From NCBI GenBank assembly GCA_020184695.1, contig JAANOX010000237.1:62001-126000 (forward strand): DNA of 64,000 nt. Reading direction: 5' to 3'. Source of the DNA: Histomonas meleagridis 2922-C6/04-290x. Lineage: Eukaryota; Protista; Parabasalia. Both the position numbers and the translations under genes were made by a program. Positions 11,322-23,560 of the stretch are shown piece after piece; the stretch's first letter is position 1; each line of letters starts with the position of its first letter. Below the pieces are notes generated by a model. It searched no databases, had not been told where the DNA came from, and worked only from the letters and a program-made list of their open reading frames with translations.

Positions 11322-11632
11322 TGCTCTTAATGAAAACTTTAATCTAATAAACCTTGTGAATTCCGATATAAGGATTTCGAGTGCGATATTACGGTTTGGA
11401 CTGAAAAAGTATCTTTCAAGCAACGATACCTATCGTTATTTTTGTGCTCATAAAAGTGACCACGCAAAAAGCTTTTTTTGGAATCAAAACCAAATTTACC
11501 AAACTTATCTTCTGATATTTATATTAATTAAAAAGATTTAATATTAAAGATGTTTAATATTAACAAAATTATGTATTTACATTTTTTATAAAATCAATTA
11601 ATTGATTTCATTCAATCAAAAAATAAAAGTTT

Positions 11633-13816
11633 TTACTCATCATCTTTAAAGGATTCCAAATCATTCATCATCATTTGGATGAATCCTAAATGTTCATTTT
11701 TATAAATCTCTGGTATACTTGGCAACCGATCTTTTTCTCTTTTAATAGCTTCCATCAAACTATTTATAAATTGGTCGATAGATATAACACCATTTTGGAT
11801 ATCATTTTGTAATTTTTCTTGTTTCTTAATAACCGCCGCGTTCATTTCGGGCACCCCTTTCTGCGGGGGCACCCCTCTTTCCTTAGCCGCATTCAGAGCA
11901 TATTCGGTCGCACCTTTCAAAAACTCCAACACTGAAATTCCCCAAAACATTTGCATTTCTTCGTCAGTCATTACGTAAATATTTCTTATTGGCGCTTGTT
12001 GTTTCTTTAGCTGCGGCTTATCTTTAGCTTTATCGGCTTCATCCAACGCTCTTTTCATAGCCGGGTTCATATTCTGAGCTTTCGTTGCTTTCGCACCTGT
12101 TTGTTTCTTTTGCTCTTCATTAAATCGTATCGAAGGCGCAACAATCACTGGATATTCGACGAGTTTCTTCTCCAAAGTCGTAATCGGCTTATCCATTTCG
12201 ATTTGGATATTTAACGACGCGCCAGGAATCTCTTTAAACGAAACAGCCTTCGTGATGATTCGCTTCTTAAGTAATTGCGCAAGTAACAAACCTGACTTCG
12301 CAATAGGCTCTTTGTTGTTGCCTGCAAACACAGCGACAACTGCGGGCTGCTTACCAATACGTACTATGACTTCTTTGCTCATTACGTTGACCGGCTCCGT
12401 CTGCACCGAAAAGTTGAAGTTACAATTCGGACCTTTCATTTGCGGCGTCGATACTTTGCTGATCTTTCCCTCCGTGATTGGCAAGAACAATGAAACAGAG
12501 AACGGCTCATTGATCACAAAGTTTTGCGCTTCTTTGATGCTGATTAACATGCATCCTTGCTTGATGTTCGAGTTGATATCCAACGCTTGGTATTGAAAGA
12601 TGTCGTTGATGTAATATGGCTCTTCTTTGATACGCTGTTTTGACGAATTCAATAATTTGATCTCTTGCGCAATGAATTGAGCACCGACTTTGTCTTTGTA
12701 ACGTAGAAAGAGCTGCGCTTCTTTGGTTAAATGATCGACTTGTTCTTGGATCTTAGAGATGACTTGTGAGAGCGCGGTGGTGTCTTGCGCACAGCAGATC
12801 GACTGCTTGAGGAATTCGGAGTATTTGCGATGCGATTTCGACGTGAGCTTTGGCTGCGCGATGTTCTGTGGTTTGGGCGACGCGGAGCCGGGTCCTGCAA
12901 TGATGGACGGAAGAAGGCGCTCAAGCTGAGTGAACATGGAAGCGCGTGATTCAGGCGAATGAATGAACGTGTAGTAGCTGTCGGCAAATGTGGAAAATAG
13001 ATTGTCATATTCTGATGTGATCGGAGATTCGTTTGTGATGTAATCCTTAGGAGGAGCTGGAGCGGCCTTCTTTGGAGCGGCCTTTGGCTGCGCGTTTTGT
13101 GGCTGTGAAGGCTTTTGTTGTTGTGGTTGTTGTGGCTTTTGTTGTTGTGGTTGTTGTGGCTTTGGTTGCTGTGGCTGTGATGGCTTCGCTTGAGCTGGGT
13201 GAACACTTGCGGGTTGAGATGGCTTTGGTTGTTGGGGTTGAGCTTTTGGAGATTGAGTCGGTTTTGGTTGAGCAGGTGTTGGATTTGGTGGATGTGGTTG
13301 AGGCTTTTGAGGTTGCGCTGGTTTTGGTTGGATTGGGGTTGGATTTGTGGGAGGTTGAGGCTTTGGTGATTGTTGTTTTGGTGCTGGAGCTTGTTTAAGT
13401 GGTTGTTGTGGAGATACTTGCTTAGGTGGTTGTGGTTGTGGAGGTACTTGCTTAGGCGCTTGATTTACTTGAGGTGAGTGAGCTTGTGGTTGGGGAGATT
13501 GCTTTGGTTGAGGTGGTACTTGTTGTTTTTGCTTTTGCGCTAGCTTTTCTCTTTTCTCTTCAGCTTCAAGTTCTCTTTCAAGCGCTGCCAAATCATCATC
13601 TTCACCATCAAATTCGTTACCTCCTTCATCATTATCATCATCATCGTCATCACCATTCATCATTAATGCATTTAGCTCAGCTTCAAGTTCGTCTTCATCG
13701 AATTTCATGCCAACATCTTTTTGTCTTTGGTTTGTTTTGTTTCTTCTCATAATTTTTTTTCTTGGTAAAACCGTTGGGTGTCGGGGTGCCTGTTTTAGCA
13801 ATTTTTGTGTAAACAT
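11633..13816 (-). CDS. Pro/Gln-rich protein with a C2-like domain (CC2D1-like architecture)
   Basis: Acidic N-terminus, long PQ tract, MLISIKEAQNF...PNCNFNFSV C2-like segment, helical C-terminus. Confidence 0.6.
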   Translation of the reverse strand: MFTQKLLKQAPRHPTVLPRKKIMRRNKTNQRQKDVGMKFDEDELEAELNALMMNGDDDDDDNDEGGNEFDGEDDDLAALERELEAEEKREKLAQKQKQQVPPQPKQSPQPQAHSPQVNQAPKQVPPQPQPPKQVSPQQPLKQAPAPKQQSPKPQPPTNPTPIQPKPAQPQKPQPHPPNPTPAQPKPTQSPKAQPQQPKPSQPASVHPAQAKPSQPQQPKPQQPQQQKPQQPQQQKPSQPQNAQPKAAPKKAAPAPPKDYITNESPITSEYDNLFSTFADSYYTFIHSPESRASMFTQLERLLPSIIAGPGSASPKPQNIAQPKLTSKSHRKYSEFLKQSICCAQDTTALSQVISKIQEQVDHLTKEAQLFLRYKDKVGAQFIAQEIKLLNSSKQRIKEEPYYINDIFQYQALDINSNIKQGCMLISIKEAQNFVINEPFSVSLFLPITEGKISKVSTPQMKGPNCNFNFSVQTEPVNVMSKEVIVRIGKQPAVVAVFAGNNKEPIAKSGLLLAQLLKKRIITKAVSFKEIPGASLNIQIEMDKPITTLEKKLVEYPVIVAPSIRFNEEQKKQTGAKATKAQNMNPAMKRALDEADKAKDKPQLKKQQAPIRNIYVMTDEEMQMFWGISVLEFLKGATEYALNAAKERGVPPQKGVPEMNAAVIKKQEKLQNDIQNGVISIDQFINSLMEAIKREKDRLPSIPEIYKNEHLGFIQMMMNDLESFKDDE

Positions 13817-14439
13817 TTAAAAAAACATTTCATTTGGATGCTTTAGTGAATTAACTTCATTTCCGACCCTTTCAGAATAAATGAATTACTAACTTTAACA
13901 TATTAAATTGTTTTCTGCCTTGAGGAATTTTAAATTTAATTTTTTAAGATTCTATAAAACTGATCTATTGAATGTATTTAATAAAAAAATTATTCTGCAT
14001 GTTTGCTATGATTCAATCAACAATGATTTGGTATCACGATCTCATTGCTCTCTCGTTATTATTCGTGGTTATGTCGGTGATGAATATTTATTTGAATTCA
14101 AGGTATGTCTAAACACGATAGGCATAAATGATTCAATTTTGTTTCCAACCAAAAATTGAACCTCCAAATTCAGCATACGGCAGTTTGACAGATATTGTGC
14201 ATCAAACGATTATTTTCGATTCATTTGATTTTTTCCAAAAAAATATTATTATCTTTCCGAAACAGTACATCTTTAATCACAAACACTAAAGCACGATAAT
14301 CTCTTTTGGATGTGTGAAACAATAACATATCTAAATCTTAATTGGTGCTAAAATTTCTTGATAAATATAATTTTGGAAATTACGAATTTTTCGTAAAGTA
14401 TACAATGTGTAACGTCTATTTAAAAACGTTATTGCTGAA

Positions 14440-15360
14440 ATGGGGAGGAATTGGGATGAAAATGAAGACAATATTCTAAAAGAATTGGTTCAAAAATACG
14501 GAAAGCAATGGAATTTAATTGCCCAACATCTTCCTCAGCGAACACCTTCACAAGTTGCAGCTCGCTGGGAAAAATGTCTCGATCCTGCCATCACAAAAGG
14601 ACCTTTTACACCTGAAGAAGATGAAGTTATTAGAAGTTATGTAGCCAAAAATGGCCCAAGAAGCTGGCCAAAAATCACATCTTTTTTACCACACAGAAGT
14701 CCAAAACAATGTCGTGAAAGATGGTTTAACCACTTAGACCCAAATGTTTCTAAGGGTCCATGGACACAAGAAGAAGATAATTTTATATATCAGCAATACA
14801 AAGCCATGGGCGGCAAATGGTCAACAATTTCCAAAATGATACCTGGAAGAACAGATAATGCCATTAAAAACAGATGGAACTCTTCAATTTCCAAAAGAAT
14901 TTCAATTGACTCGGTTGGTAATGAATTTGTATTACCAGACACATCTAAAAGACAACATAAAAATCACATAGATCACAGAGTTAGACCACCTCCAATTATA
15001 ACCCAGCAGCAAGAAGAAATTCTTCCTCCAACCAATATTGACATTGATAATATCAGCATTGATAACATTAACATTGATGATCAAAATGAGAACAAAGAAA
15101 AACCACAGAAAGGAATCAATCCACCACCATTAACAATACCACAAAGTGACATTCAGGGATCTCCTGGAATGTCTCCATCATTCCAATTTACACCATTTGC
15201 TTTACAAAAAGGATCAGGAAGTGGAGATCCTGGTCTATTTACTCCACTTTCACCTATTCCAGGATTTCTAAAAACGCCATCATTTGGAATAAGTTCTCCA
15301 ACAAGTCTTTTTTCTCCGGCATCATTTAAATCATCTGGAGATTCAGATACATTTAAATGA
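14440..15360 (+). CDS. Three-repeat Myb transcription factor
   Basis: WDENED...W, FTPEED...W...QCRERW, WTQEED...W...NAIKNRWN. Confidence 0.93.
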   Translation: MGRNWDENEDNILKELVQKYGKQWNLIAQHLPQRTPSQVAARWEKCLDPAITKGPFTPEEDEVIRSYVAKNGPRSWPKITSFLPHRSPKQCRERWFNHLDPNVSKGPWTQEEDNFIYQQYKAMGGKWSTISKMIPGRTDNAIKNRWNSSISKRISIDSVGNEFVLPDTSKRQHKNHIDHRVRPPPIITQQQEEILPPTNIDIDNISIDNINIDDQNENKEKPQKGINPPPLTIPQSDIQGSPGMSPSFQFTPFALQKGSGSGDPGLFTPLSPIPGFLKTPSFGISSPTSLFSPASFKSSGDSDTFK

Positions 15361-15576
15361 TCTAATTATTATGTCTTTTCTTAATCAATAAACAATTTGC
15401 ATTCTATTTAATTACCCAACAGTCTATTTATGTACATAATTTTTAGGATCATTAATCAATCAAAATTAGTGAATTAATTTTCTCTTTTATTTTTTAAATT
15501 TAGTAATCACATATTTCCATTCTTAAGAATGCTTTGAGGCACCCCAAACTTTCAGGGCGCCCTATCGTAGCAATAG

Positions 15577-18500
15577 ATGGCGCAAATTACATCAGCAAAT
15601 CTTCAGATAATAATTTTTTCAGAACCAATCAATAGTTGTCATGAGTGGAAAAAGAAGCGTCAGTATTATGTTTCCCAATTAGGACAATATTTATTAGATT
15701 TTAATGAATCACAAATTTCAACTACATTTGCTTCTTGGGAAAATGAAATCAAGAAACTTGAGAATAGTGATGATGTATGTGGCCAACTTCTAGCACTTCT
15801 TGGTTTTTCTGTTTTACATTTTTTCTGTCGTTCATATGATCATGTCAAAAGACTTTTTCCCATGGTTAAAAAATTCACAGCATCTAATAGCAGGGATGTT
15901 ATTCGTGCTTCAAGTTTTAGCATCCGTTATCTTGCAGAAGAGTCACCAGATAATTATTCATTTTTACGTGAGATTTTAGATTCATCAAAATCATATTTTA
16001 CTGTTAGCCAAAGGGATCTTCATTTATTTGGTGGACTTACAATTCTCAAAGAATGTGGGAAAATTTTACCTACTGATGTATTTGCCATAACACTAAATTA
16101 TCTACCTGAAATATGGAATGCAATTTGCTCATCAGACATCAAAATGCAAAATGCAGCGGTCTCAGTTATGGAAATTCACATTAATCAAATGCCATCAAAT
16201 ACAAAAGAATCATATGCCGAATCTTTACGAATAGATTGTTTTTGTATTCTTAATTCCAAATCTCCACATTCCAATCGTGGTCCAGTTTTAATCCTTAAAA
16301 CATTGTATCAACTTTTCCCATATTCACAAGTTGATGTTCTTATTGAAAAACTTGTCGACTCATTGAATTCGTTACCGAGTGAACTTCCTCTTGAGACTTA
16401 TAATTTCTTGATCCTTTTATCGAACAAATATTCAACTTTATTTACTGATTCAGAACTTAATATAATAATTAATTCGATTGTAAACAATTTAAATGATGAT
16501 CCAAATATATCACTTAAACTATTTTCTATTTTAGAGAATTTTATAAATGAATTTCATCAACGAGAATTACCAATTAATATAATCATTGAAATGATATTAA
16601 AATTTTCGAAAGAACAAAAACATAAAAACAAAGTCTTTTCTATATTATGTACATTAATTAAATATTATCCGACAATTAATATACCAAAAGAAATGTTCAT
16701 AGGTATTCCATGTAAACAAAGTTTAAATGCATTACGAATGCGTATTGATATATTATTATTAGTCCGTGATAGTTTAATGAAATATTTCAATGAAGGAATT
16801 GATTCACAAGCAGATTACAAGACACAAAAAATTGCGTTAATGATATTTTGTACATTCCAACAAATAATATTTGAAAAAATCGATGATTTATTTAGTAAGC
16901 TTCGACATTTTGCATATTCTCCATATGAAAAAATTCGAATTTTATTTTCGAATGTATTATATAAATTTTCTAATCCTTCAGCGATAGATGAACTTGTTCG
17001 TTTAGCGATGACTGATGATTCTAAACATGTTCGATTATGTGCATTAATTACATTAAAGGCAAGTTCATTCATTGGTAAAGCAACTCAACTTACACAACTA
17101 CTTGCTGATCCATCATTTTCTATTAGAAGAAAAGCAATACCATTAATATCAGAAGCAGCTTTATCTAATTCGTTATATACTGTACCTATCATTGTATTAT
17201 TTGTTAATTCGTTTTTATCTATGAATATTTCAAATATTAATCCTGCAAGATCTGCTAAATCTTCTTCATTATTACCATTAATTGTGAAACATTTCGTTAA
17301 ATTTGCTAATCAATTAATACCAAATATTACTTGGTTTTGTATTTGGTTTTTATCTCATGGCAAACCTATTAAAGAATTACCGAATCAAGAAATTAATACA
17401 TCGAAATATTTAGATTTAAGAAAAGTCATTCATAGAGATTTTACATCAGTTGAATACACAAAGAAAATTGATGAGCATGACATTTTTTTAACACGAATTT
17501 ACAACATTGAAAATTCAAAGTGGATTTCAAAATGTGATGTCAATTTATTCAAAACATTACAAAAACTGTCACCTTATTTAAGACCTTATTTATTTCAAGT
17601 TATACCTGTTTATATTCAATCATTTTTACAATTACAACAAGAAGATATTGTTTACATATCAGCATTAAAATCATTAACACAAATAGTTATCGAAACTGAA
17701 GCTGAAATTAATTATTTGATACAATTTCCAGAATTGTTACCATCATTAATTCAATTAATTAGTTCAAGGAAATGTTCCAAATTAGTTTCAATTGAGATAT
17801 TAAAATTAACAGGAACAATCGGAGCATCAAGTATTACCTTTCAACCGAATAATAATGAAGAGAATAACATCCAAATATTATCGATACAATCCATGAACTT
17901 TTTTACTGATTTTATATTAAAATCGTTGAAAGAATATTTTAACAAATATTCGTCAAGTTTATTTTCATGTTTATGTTCGATATTTATTAAAGATTCCAAT
18001 AATTCATTACCATATTTAGATTTCATTATTGATGTATTTGTTAATATCATTGAACATGAATCCAAGAAAGACATTATCTTTAATCAATTAGAATTAATCA
18101 TATTAAAAGCTCAAGTACATATTATACCATTTTTATCTAAAATATATATTCATTTATCGAAGAATTTAACAAATATTAATTGTGTTCGATGTTGTATTAC
18201 ATTATCATATTATTTAAAATCGGAATTCATTGAATATGCAAGTAATTTATATATTAATTCATTTCATTTATTATCTACAGATGATTCATTATTTTTTAAA
18301 ACCATTTTAAAGTTTATCTCATTTGCAATTTGTTATCAAAATCAAAACGCCGAATTATTTGTTGAAATATTAGAATATTATATAACTAAATTAACAGAAG
18401 TCGAAAACATTAAGTTAACATTTTTATTAAAAACTACAATAACATTAATACAAATGCGTAAATTAAAAATATATTCAGCACGATTATCACGAATATGTTT

Positions 18501-21500
18501 TGTATTAATACGGAAAACACAATTAACAGAAGTACATCAAATGATTTTTAATTTATGTTTATATGATGATTTAAGTATTGATATGGTTGAATTATTTTTA
18601 AATAATACTGGATTAATTATACCGCCATTAATGAATATCCGTAAAATTATGGAATCACCACAAAATATTTTGGAAGAAATTTCATCTATTAAAAGTAATC
18701 GACTTATAATTACTACTTCACATTTAGATTATTTAAAAGAAAACCCTTTAAAAGATTATAAGTTAGAAAATCCATTAAAAGATTTACCACAACCAGTATT
18801 TAATAATGCGCGATTATTAATTGATGAATTATGTAAAAGAGTTATTAAATATTCACCATCATCATCAATTCGAAGTTGTATCCAAATGATAAAACAAAAT
18901 CAAGCATTTAAAGATTATATATTTCCTATAGCTTTTTTATCATGTTGGATGAATATATTTCATAATGAAGAACGGAATCAATTTTCTAAAATAATTTTAA
19001 TGATATTAGAAAGTTTTGATAAAATCGATCCAATTATTTTTAAATTATTAGAATTATGTGATCGAGCAGGTTATCCATTATTAATACCAGATAATATATT
19101 AGCTAAATCTTCAACTAACATTGGATTATCAATGTATTATTATCAACGACATTTACGAGAAAACCCGAATTGTAAAGAAACGATTATAGAGTTATTAGGT
19201 ATATATTCTAAACAAGGATTTAAAGAATCAGCTTATGGATTATTATCATCATTTTCAAACAAATTGAACTTAAATGAATCAGGTAAATGGTATGAACAAT
19301 TAAATGAATGGGATAAAGCTTTAAATATATATGAAAAACAAAAAAATCCAAATATATCTACATTAATTAAATGTTATGGACATTTACAATTATGGGATAA
19401 CATCCGGGAATTAAGTAATGAATATCAAAAAATGAGTCAAGAAGAAAAGAATGAAAATAGTTTATGGTTTGCATGGGCTGAATTTCATTCGAATAATTTA
19501 GATAAAGTTAAAGAATATTTAAACCCTAATTTAGACATTAATAATAATGATATTAATGTAATATTATTTAAAATTATTTATAATATAGCTATAAATGATT
19601 ATGAAAATGCTTTAAAAAATATAAAATTAGGATTTAATATATTAGCCGAAAATATTACGGAAATATTTAAAAGAAATGATATTAATCAAATATCAAATAA
19701 TATGGTATATGCACAACATTTAATCGAATTAAAAGAAACTATCGAATTAAAGAAAAATAATGCAACAAAAATACCAAAAATTTGGCAAAATCGATTACGC
19801 AATTTCTCACATGAAAGTGATGCATGGATGCGATTAATTAATATTCGATGTTTAGTATTAAAACCTGAAGATCATATTAATTCATATATTAAAATGATAT
19901 CTGTTTTACGTGAAGAACGTAAATGGAAACTTGTTGATGTTTATTATAATAAATTTTTATCGAATATATATTCACCGAATGTAATTTTATTAAATTTAAA
20001 AAATCATTGGGCTAAAGATAACAAAAAGTTTTCGATAACTTTTTTATCATTATTTAATCGATTATTAAATTGTGAAGATGAAGAACGAATTGAACATATT
20101 CTTAACAAATATAAACAACATAAAGATGTTATATATAAAGTCTTTAAATTCGAATCAAATAATAAATTAAATTCAATAAAAAATTATATTAATGAATATA
20201 ATATTAATGATTTGATAATTGCAAGATTGTTACGTATTCAAGGTGAATGGGAATATCAATCATATTCAAGTAAGAAATCTTCACCAGTATTAACACTTAC
20301 AAAAATTAGTAAGTTATTTGAACGTTCGAATATTTTAGTTTCAAATGATTATCGAACTTGGGGTAATTGGGCATATTCTAATAGTCGATTATTATCACAT
20401 TTAAATGAATTACGTGAAACTTATGCAATTAATTCTATTTGTGGCTTTTTAAAGGCTTCACAATTAAGTTTAATTAATTCATTAGAATATTTATGTCAAA
20501 TGTTTTCTATTATATTTCGTTATGGTGATTCATTAAATTTAACAATGGAAATATGTAATGAAATTATATCATTACCACCAACAATTATCATACAAATTAT
20601 ACCACAAATAGTTGTACATATATCACATAAAAGTCAACAAATATCACAACTCGTACAAAACATTATAACTGTGTTTGGATCCGAACATTTCCAAGCAGTG
20701 ATATATCCATTAAATTTATTATCAATGTTAGAAGATAATTCAATTAAAACAATTGCAAAGAATTTATTAAATTCATTTCAAGCACAAAGTCCAATCGAAT
20801 ATTCCGATTCAATGTTATTAATCTCCGGATTACATTTAGCAGCTGTAAGTTGGATAGAGAATTGGATTAATGTACTTGATACTGCATCCAAAGCACAACA
20901 AAAGAACAAAAAAGAAATAGTCATCAAATTATTACAAGAACAATTTAACGCATCCGAAAATCCGAAATGTGAATTAGACAAATTATTAATTCGACAATTT
21001 AGTACATCTTTAATGCGATGTCATTCATCATTTGATAAATATATTAAAGGTATTAACTCATCAACAAAGATAATGTGGGAACATTTACGCGCATTTTTCT
21101 CCGAGTTAAATATGCAATTTAAGAAAATGGATTCAATTGATTTGAATAGGATATCAAAGGAATTAACTTCAAAACATAACTTCCAAATAGCTATACCTGG
21201 TACATATCAAATTAAATCGAATTATCCAAACATTAATTATATCGAACCGAATTTACATATACTTTCAACACAAGCACATCCTCGTTCATTATATATGATA
21301 GGTAATGATGGAGTGAAATATAAATTCTTATTAAAAGGGAATGAAGATATTCGTTTAGATCAACGAATAATGCAATTCTTTAAACTTGTAAATAGTTTAT
21401 TATCTGCAAATAGAAATACACGAAAATTAAACGTTACAATTTTGTTATATTCAATAATACCTTTCGCCCCAAACGCTGGCTTAATTTCTTGGTTAATCGG

Positions 21501-22266
21501 TTCGGATACTATCCAACAAGTGGTTAATGATTATAGAACTAATAGACATATTAGAAGGAATATCGAAGGTGAAATTTATAATTATTTTTGTGGAAATGCT
21601 TACTTGCATTTGAACGCTTTACAGAAAAGTGAAGTGTTCAATGAAGTTGCATCAAAAACAAATGCATTAGAAATAAGAGAAATGTTATGGTTAAGATCTC
21701 CCAGTCCTAACGCTTGGATACAAAGGAATTTTAATTATACTATCTCAACTGCTATTATGTCAATGACTGGTTATACTATAGGATTAGGTGATAGACATCC
21801 TAATAATATAATGATACAAAGACATACAGGAAAAGTGATTCATATCGACTTCGGTGATTCATTCGAAGTGGCAATGAAAAGAAAACAATTTGCTGAAAGA
21901 GTTCCATTTAGATTGACAAGAATGATTACGAACGCGATGGATTGTGGTAGAGTTGATGGATTGTTTAGAAAATCATGTGAGGATATTTTGTGGGTTTTAA
22001 GAGATAACCAAAGTCCATTAATCGCTTTGTTAGAAGTGTTTGTACATGAGCCAATTTTTAATATGAAACAAATCATGAACGAAAAAAGAGGAGCAAGAGC
22101 AATTTTAGAAAGAGTGGCTCAGAAATTAAGTGGTGCTGACCCAATTAAAGAAGATGACACTGAAAAAACTTTAGACGTGGGAAAACAAGTTGACACATTG
22201 ATCAAGATAGCATCGGATCCAATGGAATATAGTCGACATTTCTTGGGATGGTGCCCATTTTGGTAA
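15577..22266 (+). CDS. TOR: TOR-family PIKK kinase
   Basis: HEAT region, FAT, FLLKGNEDIRLDQRIMQ, GLGDRHPNNIM, HIDFGD, FATC ending GWCPFW. Confidence 0.93.
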   Translation: MAQITSANLQIIIFSEPINSCHEWKKKRQYYVSQLGQYLLDFNESQISTTFASWENEIKKLENSDDVCGQLLALLGFSVLHFFCRSYDHVKRLFPMVKKFTASNSRDVIRASSFSIRYLAEESPDNYSFLREILDSSKSYFTVSQRDLHLFGGLTILKECGKILPTDVFAITLNYLPEIWNAICSSDIKMQNAAVSVMEIHINQMPSNTKESYAESLRIDCFCILNSKSPHSNRGPVLILKTLYQLFPYSQVDVLIEKLVDSLNSLPSELPLETYNFLILLSNKYSTLFTDSELNIIINSIVNNLNDDPNISLKLFSILENFINEFHQRELPINIIIEMILKFSKEQKHKNKVFSILCTLIKYYPTINIPKEMFIGIPCKQSLNALRMRIDILLLVRDSLMKYFNEGIDSQADYKTQKIALMIFCTFQQIIFEKIDDLFSKLRHFAYSPYEKIRILFSNVLYKFSNPSAIDELVRLAMTDDSKHVRLCALITLKASSFIGKATQLTQLLADPSFSIRRKAIPLISEAALSNSLYTVPIIVLFVNSFLSMNISNINPARSAKSSSLLPLIVKHFVKFANQLIPNITWFCIWFLSHGKPIKELPNQEINTSKYLDLRKVIHRDFTSVEYTKKIDEHDIFLTRIYNIENSKWISKCDVNLFKTLQKLSPYLRPYLFQVIPVYIQSFLQLQQEDIVYISALKSLTQIVIETEAEINYLIQFPELLPSLIQLISSRKCSKLVSIEILKLTGTIGASSITFQPNNNEENNIQILSIQSMNFFTDFILKSLKEYFNKYSSSLFSCLCSIFIKDSNNSLPYLDFIIDVFVNIIEHESKKDIIFNQLELIILKAQVHIIPFLSKIYIHLSKNLTNINCVRCCITLSYYLKSEFIEYASNLYINSFHLLSTDDSLFFKTILKFISFAICYQNQNAELFVEILEYYITKLTEVENIKLTFLLKTTITLIQMRKLKIYSARLSRICFVLIRKTQLTEVHQMIFNLCLYDDLSIDMVELFLNNTGLIIPPLMNIRKIMESPQNILEEISSIKSNRLIITTSHLDYLKENPLKDYKLENPLKDLPQPVFNNARLLIDELCKRVIKYSPSSSIRSCIQMIKQNQAFKDYIFPIAFLSCWMNIFHNEERNQFSKIILMILESFDKIDPIIFKLLELCDRAGYPLLIPDNILAKSSTNIGLSMYYYQRHLRENPNCKETIIELLGIYSKQGFKESAYGLLSSFSNKLNLNESGKWYEQLNEWDKALNIYEKQKNPNISTLIKCYGHLQLWDNIRELSNEYQKMSQEEKNENSLWFAWAEFHSNNLDKVKEYLNPNLDINNNDINVILFKIIYNIAINDYENALKNIKLGFNILAENITEIFKRNDINQISNNMVYAQHLIELKETIELKKNNATKIPKIWQNRLRNFSHESDAWMRLINIRCLVLKPEDHINSYIKMISVLREERKWKLVDVYYNKFLSNIYSPNVILLNLKNHWAKDNKKFSITFLSLFNRLLNCEDEERIEHILNKYKQHKDVIYKVFKFESNNKLNSIKNYINEYNINDLIIARLLRIQGEWEYQSYSSKKSSPVLTLTKISKLFERSNILVSNDYRTWGNWAYSNSRLLSHLNELRETYAINSICGFLKASQLSLINSLEYLCQMFSIIFRYGDSLNLTMEICNEIISLPPTIIIQIIPQIVVHISHKSQQISQLVQNIITVFGSEHFQAVIYPLNLLSMLEDNSIKTIAKNLLNSFQAQSPIEYSDSMLLISGLHLAAVSWIENWINVLDTASKAQQKNKKEIVIKLLQEQFNASENPKCELDKLLIRQFSTSLMRCHSSFDKYIKGINSSTKIMWEHLRAFFSELNMQFKKMDSIDLNRISKELTSKHNFQIAIPGTYQIKSNYPNINYIEPNLHILSTQAHPRSLYMIGNDGVKYKFLLKGNEDIRLDQRIMQFFKLVNSLLSANRNTRKLNVTILLYSIIPFAPNAGLISWLIGSDTIQQVVNDYRTNRHIRRNIEGEIYNYFCGNAYLHLNALQKSEVFNEVASKTNALEIREMLWLRSPSPNAWIQRNFNYTISTAIMSMTGYTIGLGDRHPNNIMIQRHTGKVIHIDFGDSFEVAMKRKQFAERVPFRLTRMITNAMDCGRVDGLFRKSCEDILWVLRDNQSPLIALLEVFVHEPIFNMKQIMNEKRGARAILERVAQKLSGADPIKEDDTEKTLDVGKQVDTLIKIASDPMEYSRHFLGWCPFW

Positions 22267-22376
22267 TTAATAACGTTTTTAGTGTAAATAAACTTCGGAA
22301 AATAACTTTTTGAATTAAGTAAACGTTTTGTGTAACTTTTTGATTCATTTATTCAAATGATGTCATAGTTTTTGCA

Positions 22377-23072
22377 ATGCTATGCGCGTCCAATCAAACA
22401 TTTTATTACATTGATCCATTTCAAGAAGAAGTTTGCGGACAAATTCCTCCACAGAATTTTTTTGCAAATTATGCTACTCAACAACCATACGAAATTATAT
22501 CATACGAACAAAATTTTCAACAGGACCCTCAGCCTGTGAAATGTAAACAGCAACTAACTAAAAAAGAAATACAAAAAAATACAGATAATGAGTTACATTC
22601 ACTGTCATATCAATCAAACATTGAAAGGATTCTTAATTACAAATTCAAAAACAAGAAGTATTTAAATGTTACATGCGCTAAATCACATACACCTGAATCG
22701 CCACAATTTTATGAATTTAATCGAATGGAACTATATGGTTATTCTTTCCTTTATTTCTGTGCTACTGAGTACATTTTTAAAAAATTTCCCACCTTCACTA
22801 TAAAACAATTATCAGATATCCGAGGGATCATTTCTAGCAAAGACATACTCAACAGCTATGCGTCTAAACTTGGAATTGATCGGTTAGAAATACTATGCAG
22901 AACGTATCGTGTGATGTATGCAATTATCGGATCAATATATCTCGATGGAGGAAGAGAAGCCGCAAACAGATTCGTTGATCAGCTGATACAATATGCGTTC
23001 GACCACGATGCTTATTTAAGCAAACTGTTAAAGAAGCAAAATGCATCCATTTGCAAAATTAAATCTCGCTAA
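22377..23072 (+). CDS. RNase III-domain protein with degenerate catalytic motifs
   Basis: NRMELYGYSFL (cf. NERLEFLGD) and YAIIGSIYLDGG (cf. EALIGAIYLDGG). Confidence 0.7.
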   Translation: MLCASNQTFYYIDPFQEEVCGQIPPQNFFANYATQQPYEIISYEQNFQQDPQPVKCKQQLTKKEIQKNTDNELHSLSYQSNIERILNYKFKNKKYLNVTCAKSHTPESPQFYEFNRMELYGYSFLYFCATEYIFKKFPTFTIKQLSDIRGIISSKDILNSYASKLGIDRLEILCRTYRVMYAIIGSIYLDGGREAANRFVDQLIQYAFDHDAYLSKLLKKQNASICKIKSR

Positions 23073-23560
23073 GGCCATTTCAAAATAAAGAGTAATACAA
23101 GCAAAAAGCTTCACGATTAAAATTAGCATGACCTTGTAATAATTTAGAGAAAGATAAATAAAATTTGTATGTGAAATTTTAAAAAAAAAATGTCAATTTT
23201 TACGTTTACGAAAATGAAATATTAATAGCTTTGACGTGGTAATAGCTTTCAGTGAAAAAAATTTAATCTTTTTGAAATTGGACAGTTGAAAATTCTGATT
23301 GTTTAGAAAAAATAAGACTTATATGATATTTTAAATTCCCTTAAGAAGAAATTCTATCAACCATGAACTCTTGTCCAATACATTTGAATATCTTTATATT
23401 TAAATAGATGTTTTATCGAAAAATATGTAACAACAATAACTTTAAAAACCAGTTTTTTAAAAGAAATCGAAAATTCACCTTGAACAATTGTCTCAAGGTA
23501 TTTTTGGTGATATTTTTTGTAATTTTTAGGGAAAAGTGCACGTTTAATATTTGCTGAAAG

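Noticed and set aside
12252-13752. Long antisense or alternate-frame ORFs over the C2, GP63, FYVE and ABHD genes
   Set aside because: Shadow ORFs caused by GC-rich codons and low-complexity PQ repeats.
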